Of a DNA stretch of 64,000 nt, positions 30,301-38,909 are shown one piece after another. Below the pieces are notes generated by a model. That model had not been told where the DNA came from, searched no databases, and saw only the letters and a list, made by a program, of their open reading frames with translations. The stretch is from a virus (taxonomy: Duplodnaviria > Caudoviricetes): the IMG/VR virus record IMGVR_UViG_3300012983_000034, positions 45,935 through 109,934 of that record. One strand, 5' to 3'. The number at the start of each line of letters is the position of its first letter. Positions within the stretch are counted from its first letter, which is position 1. The position numbers and the translations under genes are program-made.

Positions 30301-30489
30301 ACCAGCAGCTTCAATCGTCTCTTTCTTATGAACCCACTCAAAAATATTACCGTGTTCCGCAAAAGCCAATGCAGTCATACCTAAAGATTTTGCATATTCC
30401 ACATACTCTTTATACTTGGTAACACTATCAATATTTGTAACTCCATTAGATAGGTCACTATGTAAATGATATACAGTATAATTACTCAT
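27313..30489 (-). CDS. dnaE: DNA polymerase III alpha subunit (family C)
   Basis: PHP domain (HLHSD, EHG, DTH), RGSVSGS, ADVDTD, KLDVLGL. Confidence 0.95.
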   Translation of the reverse strand: MSNYTVYHLHSDLSNGVTNIDSVTKYKEYVEYAKSLGMTALAFAEHGNIFEWVHKKETIEAAGMKYIHAAEVYLTTDKDIDDKHRDNYHCVLIAKNYDGVKELNRLISASFNRSDYHYYYAPRITFDELYATSDNIIITTACLGGVLNKAENTLKTEFLKFLIKNKHRCYLEIQHHNCADQAVYNKVLYAIHQKTGIPLIAGTDTHCLNDTHIEGRSILQKAKNVFFSDEESWDLTFKTYDELVEAYKKQNALSEEVYLQAIENTNIMANSIDKFELDYSKKYPKLYNDSEKALKEKIVQGIKNRGVDKYDNFNEYKKKIQYELETYKYNGAIDFLLLEEDYKSELKRQGVSYGYSRGSVSGSIIAYLLGITEVDSIRYGLNFERFMNKERVSLADVDTDWSKKDRYKVREYLFNKDGLYCCDIITFNTIALKGAIKDVGRALGLSVDETQTISDAVYQDENKQDCIDDFYIKKYPELFKYVDIVKGTIVSIGNHPAGLVVSPFPIDEWFGLCSTKTNENMISQINMKELDGLQFVKLDVLGLDCVGLINETCDLAGIPRITPDNISFDDKKVWDEIRDDCTMIFQFESSYAGDYIKQLLSDETIARIKEKNENFSYIDLMSMANGAIRPAGASYRDELSRGEYRDNGHEALNKFLAPTLGYLVYQEQIIEFLHSFCGYTMGEADIVRRGFAKKTGTDKFIPKIKEGFNKTMKEKYGVDEEESNRLIENFIQVIIDASSYLFSLNHATPYSFLGYVVGWLRCYYKLETVTTALNIYEGDSDKCLEILQYARKHNIELKPIRFGKSGSFYTIDKENNAIYKGISSIKYCNAQMANELLELSKNKYSSFIDLLRDIKEKTTLNSRQLDILIRLNFFSDFGNNKYLLGMNEIYDKFANAKIIAKKKMEELGVTEYIMTKYSGKETQSQYRDIDNDGLIKEMCKQISDESLGIVEQISSEVEFLGYANYTNKDISEHYYIVTNFDDSKSATRPYCTLYRICDGEKIDTRVNRSNVFKSNPFGLFSVINMPVTVYEYKKVKDGDKWVDSEETRIVMAEYEVIK

Positions 30490-30554
30490 TAATCCACACC
30501 TTCTTATATAACCTTATTACTTATAATTTAAAGACACAAATTTATTACGATGAC

Positions 30555-30583
30555 ATTATATCACAATAATAAACTTGTGTCAA
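30555..30583 (-). promoter_or_regulatory. Consensus sigmaA promoter of dnaE
   Basis: TTGACA-N17-TATAAT, extended TGn. Confidence 0.85.
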
Positions 30584-30607
30584 GTACTTTTTGAATTTTT
30601 TTAAAAT

Positions 30608-30892
30608 TTATTCTAAAGGAATCCTATACATAACTATCGGCGCTCTATCGCCAAGATATGGAAGAGCACGAATTGTATTATAATCAATGAATTCAATGGC
30701 TTCCATATCAGTCAAGCCATCTTTATCCATAAGATGTTCAACCATTTTGTCATAATCGTAAATAGCTCTGTCATCTTCTGAAATACCAATAAAAGCACTT
30801 GCATAGTTTGGGTTGCTAAAAATAACCACATCTTCATAGTCGTAATCTTCAATCAGCTTTCTAACATCTTCTTCTGTGTTTAACATTTTCAT
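30608..30892 (-). CDS. Hypothetical phage protein
   Basis: RBS; A.IG...AIYDYDKM..EAIEFIDYN motif. Confidence 0.75.
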   Translation of the reverse strand: MKMLNTEEDVRKLIEDYDYEDVVIFSNPNYASAFIGISEDDRAIYDYDKMVEHLMDKDGLTDMEAIEFIDYNTIRALPYLGDRAPIVMYRIPLE

Positions 30893-30923
30893 TTTTACCT
30901 CTTAAAACCTTTATTTTATTTGC

Positions 30924-31424
30924 TTAATTTAATCTCATTGTTCTATTATAAATAGGAACAATATCTATGTTTTTTATTTCGTCAATTCGTTTGCACAAAG
31001 AATCATAGATTGCAATCCCAAATCCATTCATTTCTATAAAAACCTGTCTTGCACCATACATTCTGCAAATTGCTGGTATATGTGCTGATGTTTCATCTAA
31101 TGATTTAAAATGTGCCACATAACCACACTCTTCGTCTGGTATCATAACTGTTACATTAGATTTGTCTCTTTCAGTTTCAACATATACAATCGCTTCTTTG
31201 TTTGTGTTTAATCTTCTTCTCTTTTCAATTCTTTCAAATTTATCTTTTTCTTTTTGGTCTACAGCCATTTCTTTGTATTGGCAAGCCTTATGTATACAAT
31301 CTCCATTACACCCGCAGCAAGGATTTTTACCATCTTTTATCAAAAGATAAACAAGCATACCATCCATTATACAATCTGCTGGCACATATCCTTGGTTGAC
31401 ACATAATTTCAACATTTCATCCAT
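30924..31424 (-). CDS. Hypothetical protein
   Basis: GAGGT RBS before ATG 31424. Confidence 0.65.
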   Translation of the reverse strand: MDEMLKLCVNQGYVPADCIMDGMLVYLLIKDGKNPCCGCNGDCIHKACQYKEMAVDQKEKDKFERIEKRRRLNTNKEAIVYVETERDKSNVTVMIPDEECGYVAHFKSLDETSAHIPAICRMYGARQVFIEMNGFGIAIYDSLCKRIDEIKNIDIVPIYNRTMRLN

Positions 31425-31450
31425 ATCTTCTACCTCATAAAATCTTTGTT

Positions 31451-31864
31451 TTAATTGTTTCCTTCTTGTTCTAATAACCAATCTAAACATTGACTATCCG
31501 AAAAAACGCCTACAATTCTAATTCTGTCTGGCAAGAACGGTTCACACTGCCAATTAACAATATTGTAATGTACTCCATTTCTCACCATACTCTTCTCATA
31601 TTCATAGCCGTCTTCCCAATAATCTTTATAATATATCTCTTCTACATATTCTGTAAGATAATTTTCATTATATTTGAATGGATATTTAGTTAATACACAT
31701 GGAGATTCAAACCAAACATCTTCAAATGGTGTGAAATAAATCGGCTCTATATGACTGTCGCATTCTACAAGAAAATATACACTTGATAACTTTGTATCTC
31801 TAACAGAGTCAAAGTCAAAATTATTTAGATAATCATATAACTCTTGCTTTGTATTAAACTCCAT
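31451..31864 (-). CDS. Hypothetical protein
   Basis: GAGGT RBS. Confidence 0.7.
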   Translation of the reverse strand: MEFNTKQELYDYLNNFDFDSVRDTKLSSVYFLVECDSHIEPIYFTPFEDVWFESPCVLTKYPFKYNENYLTEYVEEIYYKDYWEDGYEYEKSMVRNGVHYNIVNWQCEPFLPDRIRIVGVFSDSQCLDWLLEQEGNN

Positions 31865-31878
31865 ATCTTTACCTCATA

Positions 31879-32238
31879 TTAAAATCCCTGTTTTAAGCTC
31901 TCTTGCCTAAACTTATCTTCATATTCTCTGTAAGATTTTTCGAACGCCTTTGTCAAAGCGTCTAATATTTCGCCAGTATTTATAGCTTTCTCTCCGCAAG
32001 TAGTTATAGTTGTTGCCAAACTATTAACACACTCATAATCTGTGTTGCCGTGCAATGTTAGGTCGTCATGATTAAACGAATTACCACCAAAAGGAACTCT
32101 TATAACTTGTTCTGGTTCGCCAGTCCAGCTCCAACCACAATTAAAGCATTCCTTTTTGGGAATAGGAGGAAAAGACGCAAGAATTACATCGTGCAAATCG
32201 TGTCCACACTTAGGACAAGTTTCAATAATAATAGCCAT
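31879..32238 (-). CDS. Zinc-ribbon hypothetical protein
   Basis: CPKCG..CFNCG. Confidence 0.7.
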   Translation of the reverse strand: MAIIIETCPKCGHDLHDVILASFPPIPKKECFNCGWSWTGEPEQVIRVPFGGNSFNHDDLTLHGNTDYECVNSLATTITTCGEKAINTGEILDALTKAFEKSYREYEDKFRQESLKQGF

Positions 32239-32242
32239 ATAT

Positions 32243-32494
32243 TTACCTCTTGCCATACCGCTCTGTCAATTCTTCACGGATGCGTTCCTGTTCGTCATCG
32301 CCATAACTGATTTGCCAATACTCTTCCAAACCAATTAAATGCTTAATCTGCTTCTTGCTAAACAGATACAAATGACCAAAAACTACTTCCTTTCGCTTTG
32401 ACCTATCTGGATGGCAGCTACCACCAAATAAACATTGGCAATAATTTAGTTCATAATCACAGATAGGACATCTTTCTTTTCTAAACAGTTTCAT
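32243..32494 (-). CDS. Hypothetical protein
   Basis: GAGGT RBS. Confidence 0.7.
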   Translation of the reverse strand: MKLFRKERCPICDYELNYCQCLFGGSCHPDRSKRKEVVFGHLYLFSKKQIKHLIGLEEYWQISYGDDEQERIREELTERYGKR

Positions 32495-32526
32495 ATATCT
32501 TTACCTCTTAAAATGTTAGTTTTAAA

Positions 32527-32775
32527 TTATTGCACCCAACTAATAGTATAGAATGAATCAATCGAATAACAAGAATTATTGGTTTCAACCATATATCCTA
32601 TTCTTTCTAAATATCTTTTCACATACGGATGCAACACACCAGCCACATGTACTGAAAATTCACCATTAAATGCGGTCTCACTTATATACTTTTCAACTTC
32701 TTCAAACTGTTTAGATATCTTTTTATCTTCATCCAACGATATCTTTCTTGCTTCATCTGCTGTCAGCATCTTCAT
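32527..32775 (-). CDS. Hypothetical protein
   Basis: MLTADEARK..ISW; between repeat sites. Confidence 0.65.
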   Translation of the reverse strand: MKMLTADEARKISLDEDKKISKQFEEVEKYISETAFNGEFSVHVAGVLHPYVKRYLERIGYMVETNNSCYSIDSFYTISWVQ

Positions 32776-32797
32776 CCACCCTCTTAAAAACGATATT

Positions 32798-33031
32798 TTA
32801 TATGTTAATTTGTTTGTCTGGATGCCTTGAATTAAATATCTGATATGCTCTTTTAAGGTTATCATCATCCAATTCATCATGAAATATTTCAGTTTTGCAA
32901 ACATCACAAGTACAAACATTTGCTTTAATTGTAATCTTGTCTATGCCAAGAACATTATAAGTTTCCTCTTTTTCAACAATAGATATCGGTTGAATCTCCA
33001 AACATTCTGGACAAAAATACTTTTCTTTCAT
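32798..33031 (-). CDS. Stand-alone MqsA-type antitoxin zinc-finger domain
   Basis: CPEC..EETYNV.G..I......CDVCKTEIF.....D.NL..AY. Confidence 0.6.
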   Translation of the reverse strand: MKEKYFCPECLEIQPISIVEKEETYNVLGIDKITIKANVCTCDVCKTEIFHDELDDDNLKRAYQIFNSRHPDKQINI

Positions 33032-33058
33032 TAATAATAACCTCTTAAAATGAATCTT

Positions 33059-33352
33059 TTAATTGATGTAAGGAATCTTCTCAAGCAATCTGTCAAGAAC
33101 AGTTGGAAAAATTCTGCCATTAGAAATCAATAGTTCTCTTTCGTCAATTTCAAAATTCTTATATTCATTCAAAAACTCTTTGTCTTCTTCAGTTGGATTA
33201 TTCATCATGCGACTCAGTGCTTGCTCTGCTTCTTCGTGTGTTGTATCAATAGGAGTAAAACACATATCGCATTTACCAGTACCAACAATTCCATATAAAA
33301 TATGTTTCTCTTTATTATCGACATTGTTAATATAATAATCTTTTAATGTCAT
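33059..33352 (-). CDS. Hypothetical protein
   Basis: Between repeat sites. Confidence 0.65.
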   Translation of the reverse strand: MTLKDYYINNVDNKEKHILYGIVGTGKCDMCFTPIDTTHEEAEQALSRMMNNPTEEDKEFLNEYKNFEIDERELLISNGRIFPTVLDRLLEKIPYIN

Positions 33353-33368
33353 AACTTACCCCTTAAAA

Positions 33369-33539
33369 TTAAACTTTTAAATGTTCATCTTTTAACCAGC
33401 CTTTAAATGCATCCTGACAACTATTGTATTTATGGCAAACGCTTCTAGCTGGGCAACTACAGTCGTCAAAATTTATATACATAAGGAAGTTGATAAGCGT
33501 ATCTTCATCCATTGTTTTTATATATTCAAAATTTGTCAT
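33369..33539 (-). CDS. 56-aa hypothetical protein (MTNFE.IK.M family)
   Basis: GAGGT RBS; below ORF-track cut-off. Confidence 0.6.
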   Translation of the reverse strand: MTNFEYIKTMDEDTLINFLMYINFDDCSCPARSVCHKYNSCQDAFKGWLKDEHLKV

Positions 33540-33560
33540 AATTACCTCATAAAATTCAGT

Positions 33561-33839
33561 TTAACTACATTCTTTCATTTTAATGCCACAATTAGGGCAA
33601 TGATTAAGTTTGCCACTATTATTTTTTATAGCTGTTCGCTCAATAATTACGCCGCACTCAGGACAGACATTGCAAAACCCCACAATATTTTCATCCCATT
33701 GAGAACATTTAACCTCTACAACATCTGCCGTAGGTATATCGGCAAGGTGTTCAAATGGAAGCAAAACAAGCTTTTGACCACCTTCAATTGTCACTTCAAA
33801 ATTTGGCAATTCAGATATTTCTATATATCTCTTTTGCAT
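33561..33839 (-). CDS. Zinc-ribbon hypothetical protein
   Basis: PTADVVEV..CPECG..HCPNCG. Confidence 0.7.
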   Translation of the reverse strand: MQKRYIEISELPNFEVTIEGGQKLVLLPFEHLADIPTADVVEVKCSQWDENIVGFCNVCPECGVIIERTAIKNNSGKLNHCPNCGIKMKECS

Positions 33840-33865
33840 TTTTCTTACCTCTTAAAATTCAGATT

Positions 33866-34207
33866 TTATTTCCTTGTGCAGTTATCAACATCGCACCAAG
33901 TCTTACGCCAATCTTTTACAGCGTCATCAAAACACTGCAACACCATATCCATATCCATTTCGCACCATACAGGATAAGTTCTGCCGTATTTCTTTTTGGG
34001 AAGACCATAAATATCGCAATTCCTATTCCAAGCATCGACATCTTCTTTACTTTCATAATGAAATATTGCTTGATTAAAGTCTTTTCGTCTACGGTCATTG
34101 TGGTCGCTATCAACCGTCATTCTTTTGATAAACAGTTCTCTTAATTCTGCAAAGTTCTTTTTACCTTCTGCAATTTCTTGCTGATTATGTTTACAATTAC
34201 ATCCCAT
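33866..34207 (-). CDS. Hypothetical protein
   Basis: GAGGT RBS. Confidence 0.7.
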   Translation of the reverse strand: MGCNCKHNQQEIAEGKKNFAELRELFIKRMTVDSDHNDRRRKDFNQAIFHYESKEDVDAWNRNCDIYGLPKKKYGRTYPVWCEMDMDMVLQCFDDAVKDWRKTWCDVDNCTRK

Positions 34208-34216
34208 ATTTTTACC

Positions 34217-35407
34217 TCAAATATTATCAAGCCAGCTCAAATCAGGTTCGGAACTACCATTTTTTATAACATTACTACTTGAAGAAACAGTATCACTTCC
34301 AAGAAGTCCGCCAAACATATCCTCTCCCTTTTGAGCAGCTTCAAACTTCTCAAGATAAGCTTTATAAGGAAGATGCTTCGTAGCGCTATAACCACACAAA
34401 TTAGCAAAGTAATAACTCTGTGCCCTTACACTTTCTTCATCATCCCAGAAGCATTCAAGAGACTTAGTTTCTTCATAGTCCTTTTCTCTAAGCTCAATAT
34501 CCTTGATGGTTGTCGTAATAAGCTCAGTCCACTTCTCTACTATCTTATCATTCAATTCAACATCAACGTGACAGTCTCTAATTCTGTATTTTCCTTTAAC
34601 TTCGTCGGGCAAACAATCAATCCCATTAGTATCAAGCATCTTTTTAAGATACTCATCTGGTTCATAACCATATGTTTTCAACCAAGTTTTCGCATTGCTT
34701 TGAAGACTCTCGCCAATCTTACATCTTTCAACATTTCTATATTTAACCGCTCCATTCTTCTGCTCGTACTCAATGGTGCAATATTTTAAGAAATTGAAGC
34801 GAGGTCTAATTTTATCTAAAGGAATGCCCATCTGATTCAATCCGATAGCATAACCAATTAACTGTCCTGAATTTTCTTCAAGCGTCTTACCAGTATAGAT
34901 ACTGCTTGATTTAAAGTCCAAAGGATAAACATACCCATCCTCATCTTTATATAAAGCGTCAATATATCCTACGAACACATTACCGCCAACAACAAACACA
35001 ATAGGCTTTTCAATTAACAGCTTGTGTCTATATACTGTATGGTTCTCAAAGAAGTGAATAAGATTATTATTATACTTTTCACCAATGCTCTTATTCTTCT
35101 CTTCATCAGAGCGATTAAATTTAAGGTCTGCGATTGTAATTGCAGTAGTAAAACCATCATTATAATCGTCAATCATATCCTCGTATTTAATCTTGCCCTC
35201 ATAGAATTTATCTAATGTGTCATGGCAGATGGTACCTAAGGTAACATATGAGCTATCACATCTATCTTCTTTCGACTTTAAAATATACTTAAGAAGATAC
35301 TCGAATTTAGATGTTAAATAAGTATTCATTCTCGACCAACTCCAGAGCCTATCAACATTATATTTTTGTTTTATTTTTTCTAGTTCTTCGTGCGTTAATC
35401 TTGCCAT
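34217..35407 (-). CDS. PD-(D/E)XK nuclease (RecB/Cas4-like exonuclease)
   Basis: SWSR, GTICH, GYIDAL, DFKSS, QLIGYA. Confidence 0.85.
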   Translation of the reverse strand: MARLTHEELEKIKQKYNVDRLWSWSRMNTYLTSKFEYLLKYILKSKEDRCDSSYVTLGTICHDTLDKFYEGKIKYEDMIDDYNDGFTTAITIADLKFNRSDEEKNKSIGEKYNNNLIHFFENHTVYRHKLLIEKPIVFVVGGNVFVGYIDALYKDEDGYVYPLDFKSSSIYTGKTLEENSGQLIGYAIGLNQMGIPLDKIRPRFNFLKYCTIEYEQKNGAVKYRNVERCKIGESLQSNAKTWLKTYGYEPDEYLKKMLDTNGIDCLPDEVKGKYRIRDCHVDVELNDKIVEKWTELITTTIKDIELREKDYEETKSLECFWDDEESVRAQSYYFANLCGYSATKHLPYKAYLEKFEAAQKGEDMFGGLLGSDTVSSSSNVIKNGSSEPDLSWLDNI

Positions 35408-35408
35408 A

Positions 35409-36137
35409 TTATACCTCAATTCTCATACTATTATCATAACTGTATTCACCAAAGTATTTTTCTTCTGCTTGTTTTCTTGCTTTTTCGGCATCTTCAAATT
35501 TATCATACTCACCAAGAAAAATAAGTTGGTCATTTAATTTTATTTGAGACTTCCATTTGTTTCTATTTTTTACCCATACAACACCAGATATTCCAGATGT
35601 ATTATTAGAACTTTTAATACGGTTCATTGCGTTTTGACTCGCTGTAACAACTCTTAAATTTGATTTTCTGTTATCGAATGTGTTGTGATTTATATGGTCT
35701 ATATTCATACCTTCTGGAAATCCCATTATTAATCTATGAATATGAAACCTATCTTCTTTCTTTTTTCCTGAAGACCTAATATATCCATTGCTTTCTTCAT
35801 ACCAATGATATTTTTTAACCTTTTCATAATCATCTATGTCAAATATAAATTGCTTATGTGTGTTATTTGTATATCCAACAACATACTGATTATCGACAAA
35901 TTCATAATCATTTTGCGTTATTCCACTAACTTTATCTCTTTGCAAACATCCGCAAGATAAGGTTGGTCTTTTCTTTCTTGTTAAAGCACTTCCAAAAACA
36001 ACAACATCATTTCCACAATCGCAACTACAAAGCCATTGAGCAAATCTATTTCCTTTTTCTGTGATTGCGTCTTCGGCTCTTTTAATGACTGTCAATCTGC
36101 CGAATTTTTGACCAGTCAAGTCATTAAATTTACCCAT
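35409..36137 (-). CDS. HNH endonuclease with AP2 domain
   Basis: DLTGQKFGRLTV, HRLIM..DHINH..DNRKSNLR, AP2 C-terminus. Confidence 0.9.
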   Translation of the reverse strand: MGKFNDLTGQKFGRLTVIKRAEDAITEKGNRFAQWLCSCDCGNDVVVFGSALTRKKRPTLSCGCLQRDKVSGITQNDYEFVDNQYVVGYTNNTHKQFIFDIDDYEKVKKYHWYEESNGYIRSSGKKKEDRFHIHRLIMGFPEGMNIDHINHNTFDNRKSNLRVVTASQNAMNRIKSSNNTSGISGVVWVKNRNKWKSQIKLNDQLIFLGEYDKFEDAEKARKQAEEKYFGEYSYDNSMRIEV

Positions 36138-36148
36138 TTGTTTACCTC

Positions 36149-36439
36149 TCACTCAATCTCAATATCTAACGGAATTCCTCTGCGACTACTTAATTTAATC
36201 GTGCCATCTTGCAATTCTTTTAATCTATCTTTACAATCTTCATCGGTTTCATAGCCAAAACAGAAAATCATATTATCTGGTGCTCTCCACTTGTCTACTA
36301 AATCAATTATGAAATATAAAACAGTATGTTGTGGATTAAACGGCTTTGTGCAAATGATATATCGTTCATCTCTTGCTCTTACTCTGTACGGCTTCTTTTC
36401 ATTTGGTACATAAACTCTATCCCCTACTTCTGCTCTCAT
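36149..36439 (-). CDS. Hypothetical phage protein
   Basis: RBS-led ORF. Confidence 0.7.
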   Translation of the reverse strand: MRAEVGDRVYVPNEKKPYRVRARDERYIICTKPFNPQHTVLYFIIDLVDKWRAPDNMIFCFGYETDEDCKDRLKELQDGTIKLSSRRGIPLDIEIE

Positions 36440-36466
36440 TTCCCACCTCTTAAAACCTCAATTTTA

Positions 36467-36796
36467 TTAGTCTTCAAATGTGCAAAAATATGTTATCTGA
36501 CCCCAGCCGCCATTTGCCCAACACTTAATTATATTCTTGTTGGCAATTTCGTCAAACCAATTTTCAGGTTTTCGCTCAGTCCAATACCAATTGCCATCAT
36601 CTTTTTTTACTTCAAGTCTATTGCCAATCCAACCACCATAACATTTATTAGTTGCAACAAACTCGACCCTAAACGAATCTTCGTTTTTTAGCACCCACTT
36701 AAAGAAGTCAATAAACTTTACTGGAAATTCACCAACAAGGTCATAGTTCGATGTTGCATCGCCATTTTCTTGTGTTTTATTATATTTATAATCCAT
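36467..36796 (-). CDS. Hypothetical protein
   Basis: Between repeat sites. Confidence 0.7.
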   Translation of the reverse strand: MDYKYNKTQENGDATSNYDLVGEFPVKFIDFFKWVLKNEDSFRVEFVATNKCYGGWIGNRLEVKKDDGNWYWTERKPENWFDEIANKNIIKCWANGGWGQITYFCTFED

Positions 36797-36888
36797 ATAT
36801 TTTTACCTCTTAAAACTGCAATTTTAAGTGCTAATTTGCACTATATATTGTGTTTGTTTTTTTGTTTGAAACACTATATGTTGTAGTG

Positions 36889-37059
36889 TTATCCTCTTTC
36901 TTTCCCAAGTAAAATATAGAATGTTAAAAACATAATGTAAATTGGTCTAGTTTCTGCAAATCTATACTTCATAGGATTATATGTTATCGTTGGCAATAAA
37001 AACCATTGGTCGTTGCAAATACCAAATTCTAAATATTTACCTTCATAAAAAGCCCTCAT
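36889..37059 (-). CDS. Small hypothetical protein
   Basis: GAGGT RBS before ATG 37059. Confidence 0.55.
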   Translation of the reverse strand: MRAFYEGKYLEFGICNDQWFLLPTITYNPMKYRFAETRPIYIMFLTFYILLGKERG

Positions 37060-37084
37060 TATTTCTACCTCTAAAATCGTAATT

Positions 37085-37585
37085 TTATCTTGGAATTGAT
37101 TCACATACAATGGGTTCACATACCATCGCACACAATTCACACGCAGCTTTTACTGCTTCTTTTGGCGTTGCTCCCATATACAATGCGCCGCTTGCATAAT
37201 CTTGACCTGCACCAATTGCATAGTAGTCATCAATAGGAAATACCAGCATCCCCTCAATTGCAAATGCCTTGCCCTTATATGCAATTATGTACGGATTAAC
37301 AAAACTATTATCGCCAGTTAAATCATTCTTCCATCTTCTAAATTCAATGGCAAAATCTAATACGCTCTTCTCATCCATACTTTCAATAGTGTGCGTCTTC
37401 ATATAATGAAAGAACAAACTCGTTTCATCTGCATTGCCACAAGCACCAATAATCATATCGTTGTATTTCATCATCTTTACAACTTTATTTTGTGCATTGT
37501 TGAGTTTCGTCCAACCCTGAACAACAATAGAATCAGAAGCCATTTCAATCTTGTCTTTGCTCACCTTACATACTACTACACTCAT
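37085..37585 (-). CDS. Ntn-hydrolase (HslV/proteasome beta-like) protein
   Basis: S-VVV..MASDS, K, AIGAG..YA.GAL..GA...EAV.AA. Confidence 0.75.
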   Translation of the reverse strand: MSVVVCKVSKDKIEMASDSIVVQGWTKLNNAQNKVVKMMKYNDMIIGACGNADETSLFFHYMKTHTIESMDEKSVLDFAIEFRRWKNDLTGDNSFVNPYIIAYKGKAFAIEGMLVFPIDDYYAIGAGQDYASGALYMGATPKEAVKAACELCAMVCEPIVCESIPR

Positions 37586-37609
37586 TTTTTACCTCTTAAA
37601 ATCACCATT

Positions 37610-37819
37610 TTAAATTCTATCATCAAGTATAAAAAACTCTGTATGAGACCCAACATCATACCATTTGAGACCATCTGTGTCTCTCCATTCTCTTACATAT
37701 TGAATTGCAAAACATCTATCGTGACAGAACTTATGAATCTCTTTCCACGCTTCATCTTCTGTTTCTGGTTCCGCTATAATTCTTCTGTCGCCATAAGAAT
37801 TTTCAAAATATAACTTCAT
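37610..37819 (-). CDS. Hypothetical phage protein
   Basis: YDVGSHTEFF motif. Confidence 0.7.
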   Translation of the reverse strand: MKLYFENSYGDRRIIAEPETEDEAWKEIHKFCHDRCFAIQYVREWRDTDGLKWYDVGSHTEFFILDDRI

Positions 37820-37820
37820 A

Positions 37821-38891
37821 TTACTTATCCTTCAAACTTTCTTGATACTTTTTTTGTTCGTTTTTATCGTAAACAATTCTGTTGTCAAACAAGAATTGAT
37901 AATTTTTATTAGAAGCATCCATAGGTGCATCCTTATCGCCCAAGATTCCCATAAAGTCTTTTATGTAAGACACCTTTCTAATGTTCTTAAACTTCTCACA
38001 CAAAAACCTTGTTTCATTTACATCCACATCGTTATCTAATGCAATAACAATTTCTACATTTAATCCAATAAGCACTCTCGCTTGCTCATCCGATATGCTT
38101 TTACCAGACAAAGCAACCACCGTACTATCGCCAAGGGAATCTCTTTTTAAAACCGACTTTTCGCTTTCTGCAACCACAACATAACCAGCCTTTTGAATGG
38201 CATCATAGTTTTCATACAAACCATACAAGTTTAAACACTTTGGATATGTGGGAGTTATAAAATACTTACGAATTCCAAACTCTTTATAATTTTCAACAGT
38301 TGTTCTTTGATTAAATCCAAGCAGCTCTCCTGTAAGCCAGAATCTAAGAGGCACTACAATTCGCTTGTGTTTGTAACTGTAAGCAATACCAAACTTTTTT
38401 CTTGTTCTCTCTGTAATACCCTCTTTTACCCAACTAATATGCAGCATAGGAACATAGTCTTCAACCAACTTATCTTCTAAAATATGTATGTCATCTACAT
38501 TTACTATTCTTTGTCTATTCGCCACTTTTTTAAATATAGCCAGTGGGTCATACTTCTTTTCTGTTACCTTTACCTTCTTAAACTCAAAAGGTAAATCCAG
38601 TATTTTGTGTATATATTTAATTGCTTCAACAAAAGACATTTTTTTGTTATATTGAACCAATGTTATAATATCTGAATTGTCATCAAACTCTTTTGTTCTA
38701 GTCCAGTTTGTGACGCTTAAATACTCATTATTTTTTACATTAACTGCATTAGGGTTATCCCCATTGAAGTTTGAACAACTATAATAATCTTTATTGGGAT
38801 GATATTGAATATGTTTGCAGCCTATCTGTTCTAATATATATTCAATTTTGCTATTCTCAAAAATGTAATTTTTAAGGCTGATTGTATCCAT
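37821..38891 (-). CDS. DNA primase (TOPRIM)
   Basis: LYGLYEN, VAESEKS, IALDND; follows helicase. Confidence 0.85.
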   Translation of the reverse strand: MDTISLKNYIFENSKIEYILEQIGCKHIQYHPNKDYYSCSNFNGDNPNAVNVKNNEYLSVTNWTRTKEFDDNSDIITLVQYNKKMSFVEAIKYIHKILDLPFEFKKVKVTEKKYDPLAIFKKVANRQRIVNVDDIHILEDKLVEDYVPMLHISWVKEGITERTRKKFGIAYSYKHKRIVVPLRFWLTGELLGFNQRTTVENYKEFGIRKYFITPTYPKCLNLYGLYENYDAIQKAGYVVVAESEKSVLKRDSLGDSTVVALSGKSISDEQARVLIGLNVEIVIALDNDVDVNETRFLCEKFKNIRKVSYIKDFMGILGDKDAPMDASNKNYQFLFDNRIVYDKNEQKKYQESLKDK

Positions 38892-38909
38892 ATTTATCTC
38901 CTCATTATA

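Noticed and set aside
30924-31424. Terminase large subunit (IEMNGFG..IYD resembles the nuclease domain)
   Set aside because: Only a short motif, no ATPase domain and the wrong genomic context.
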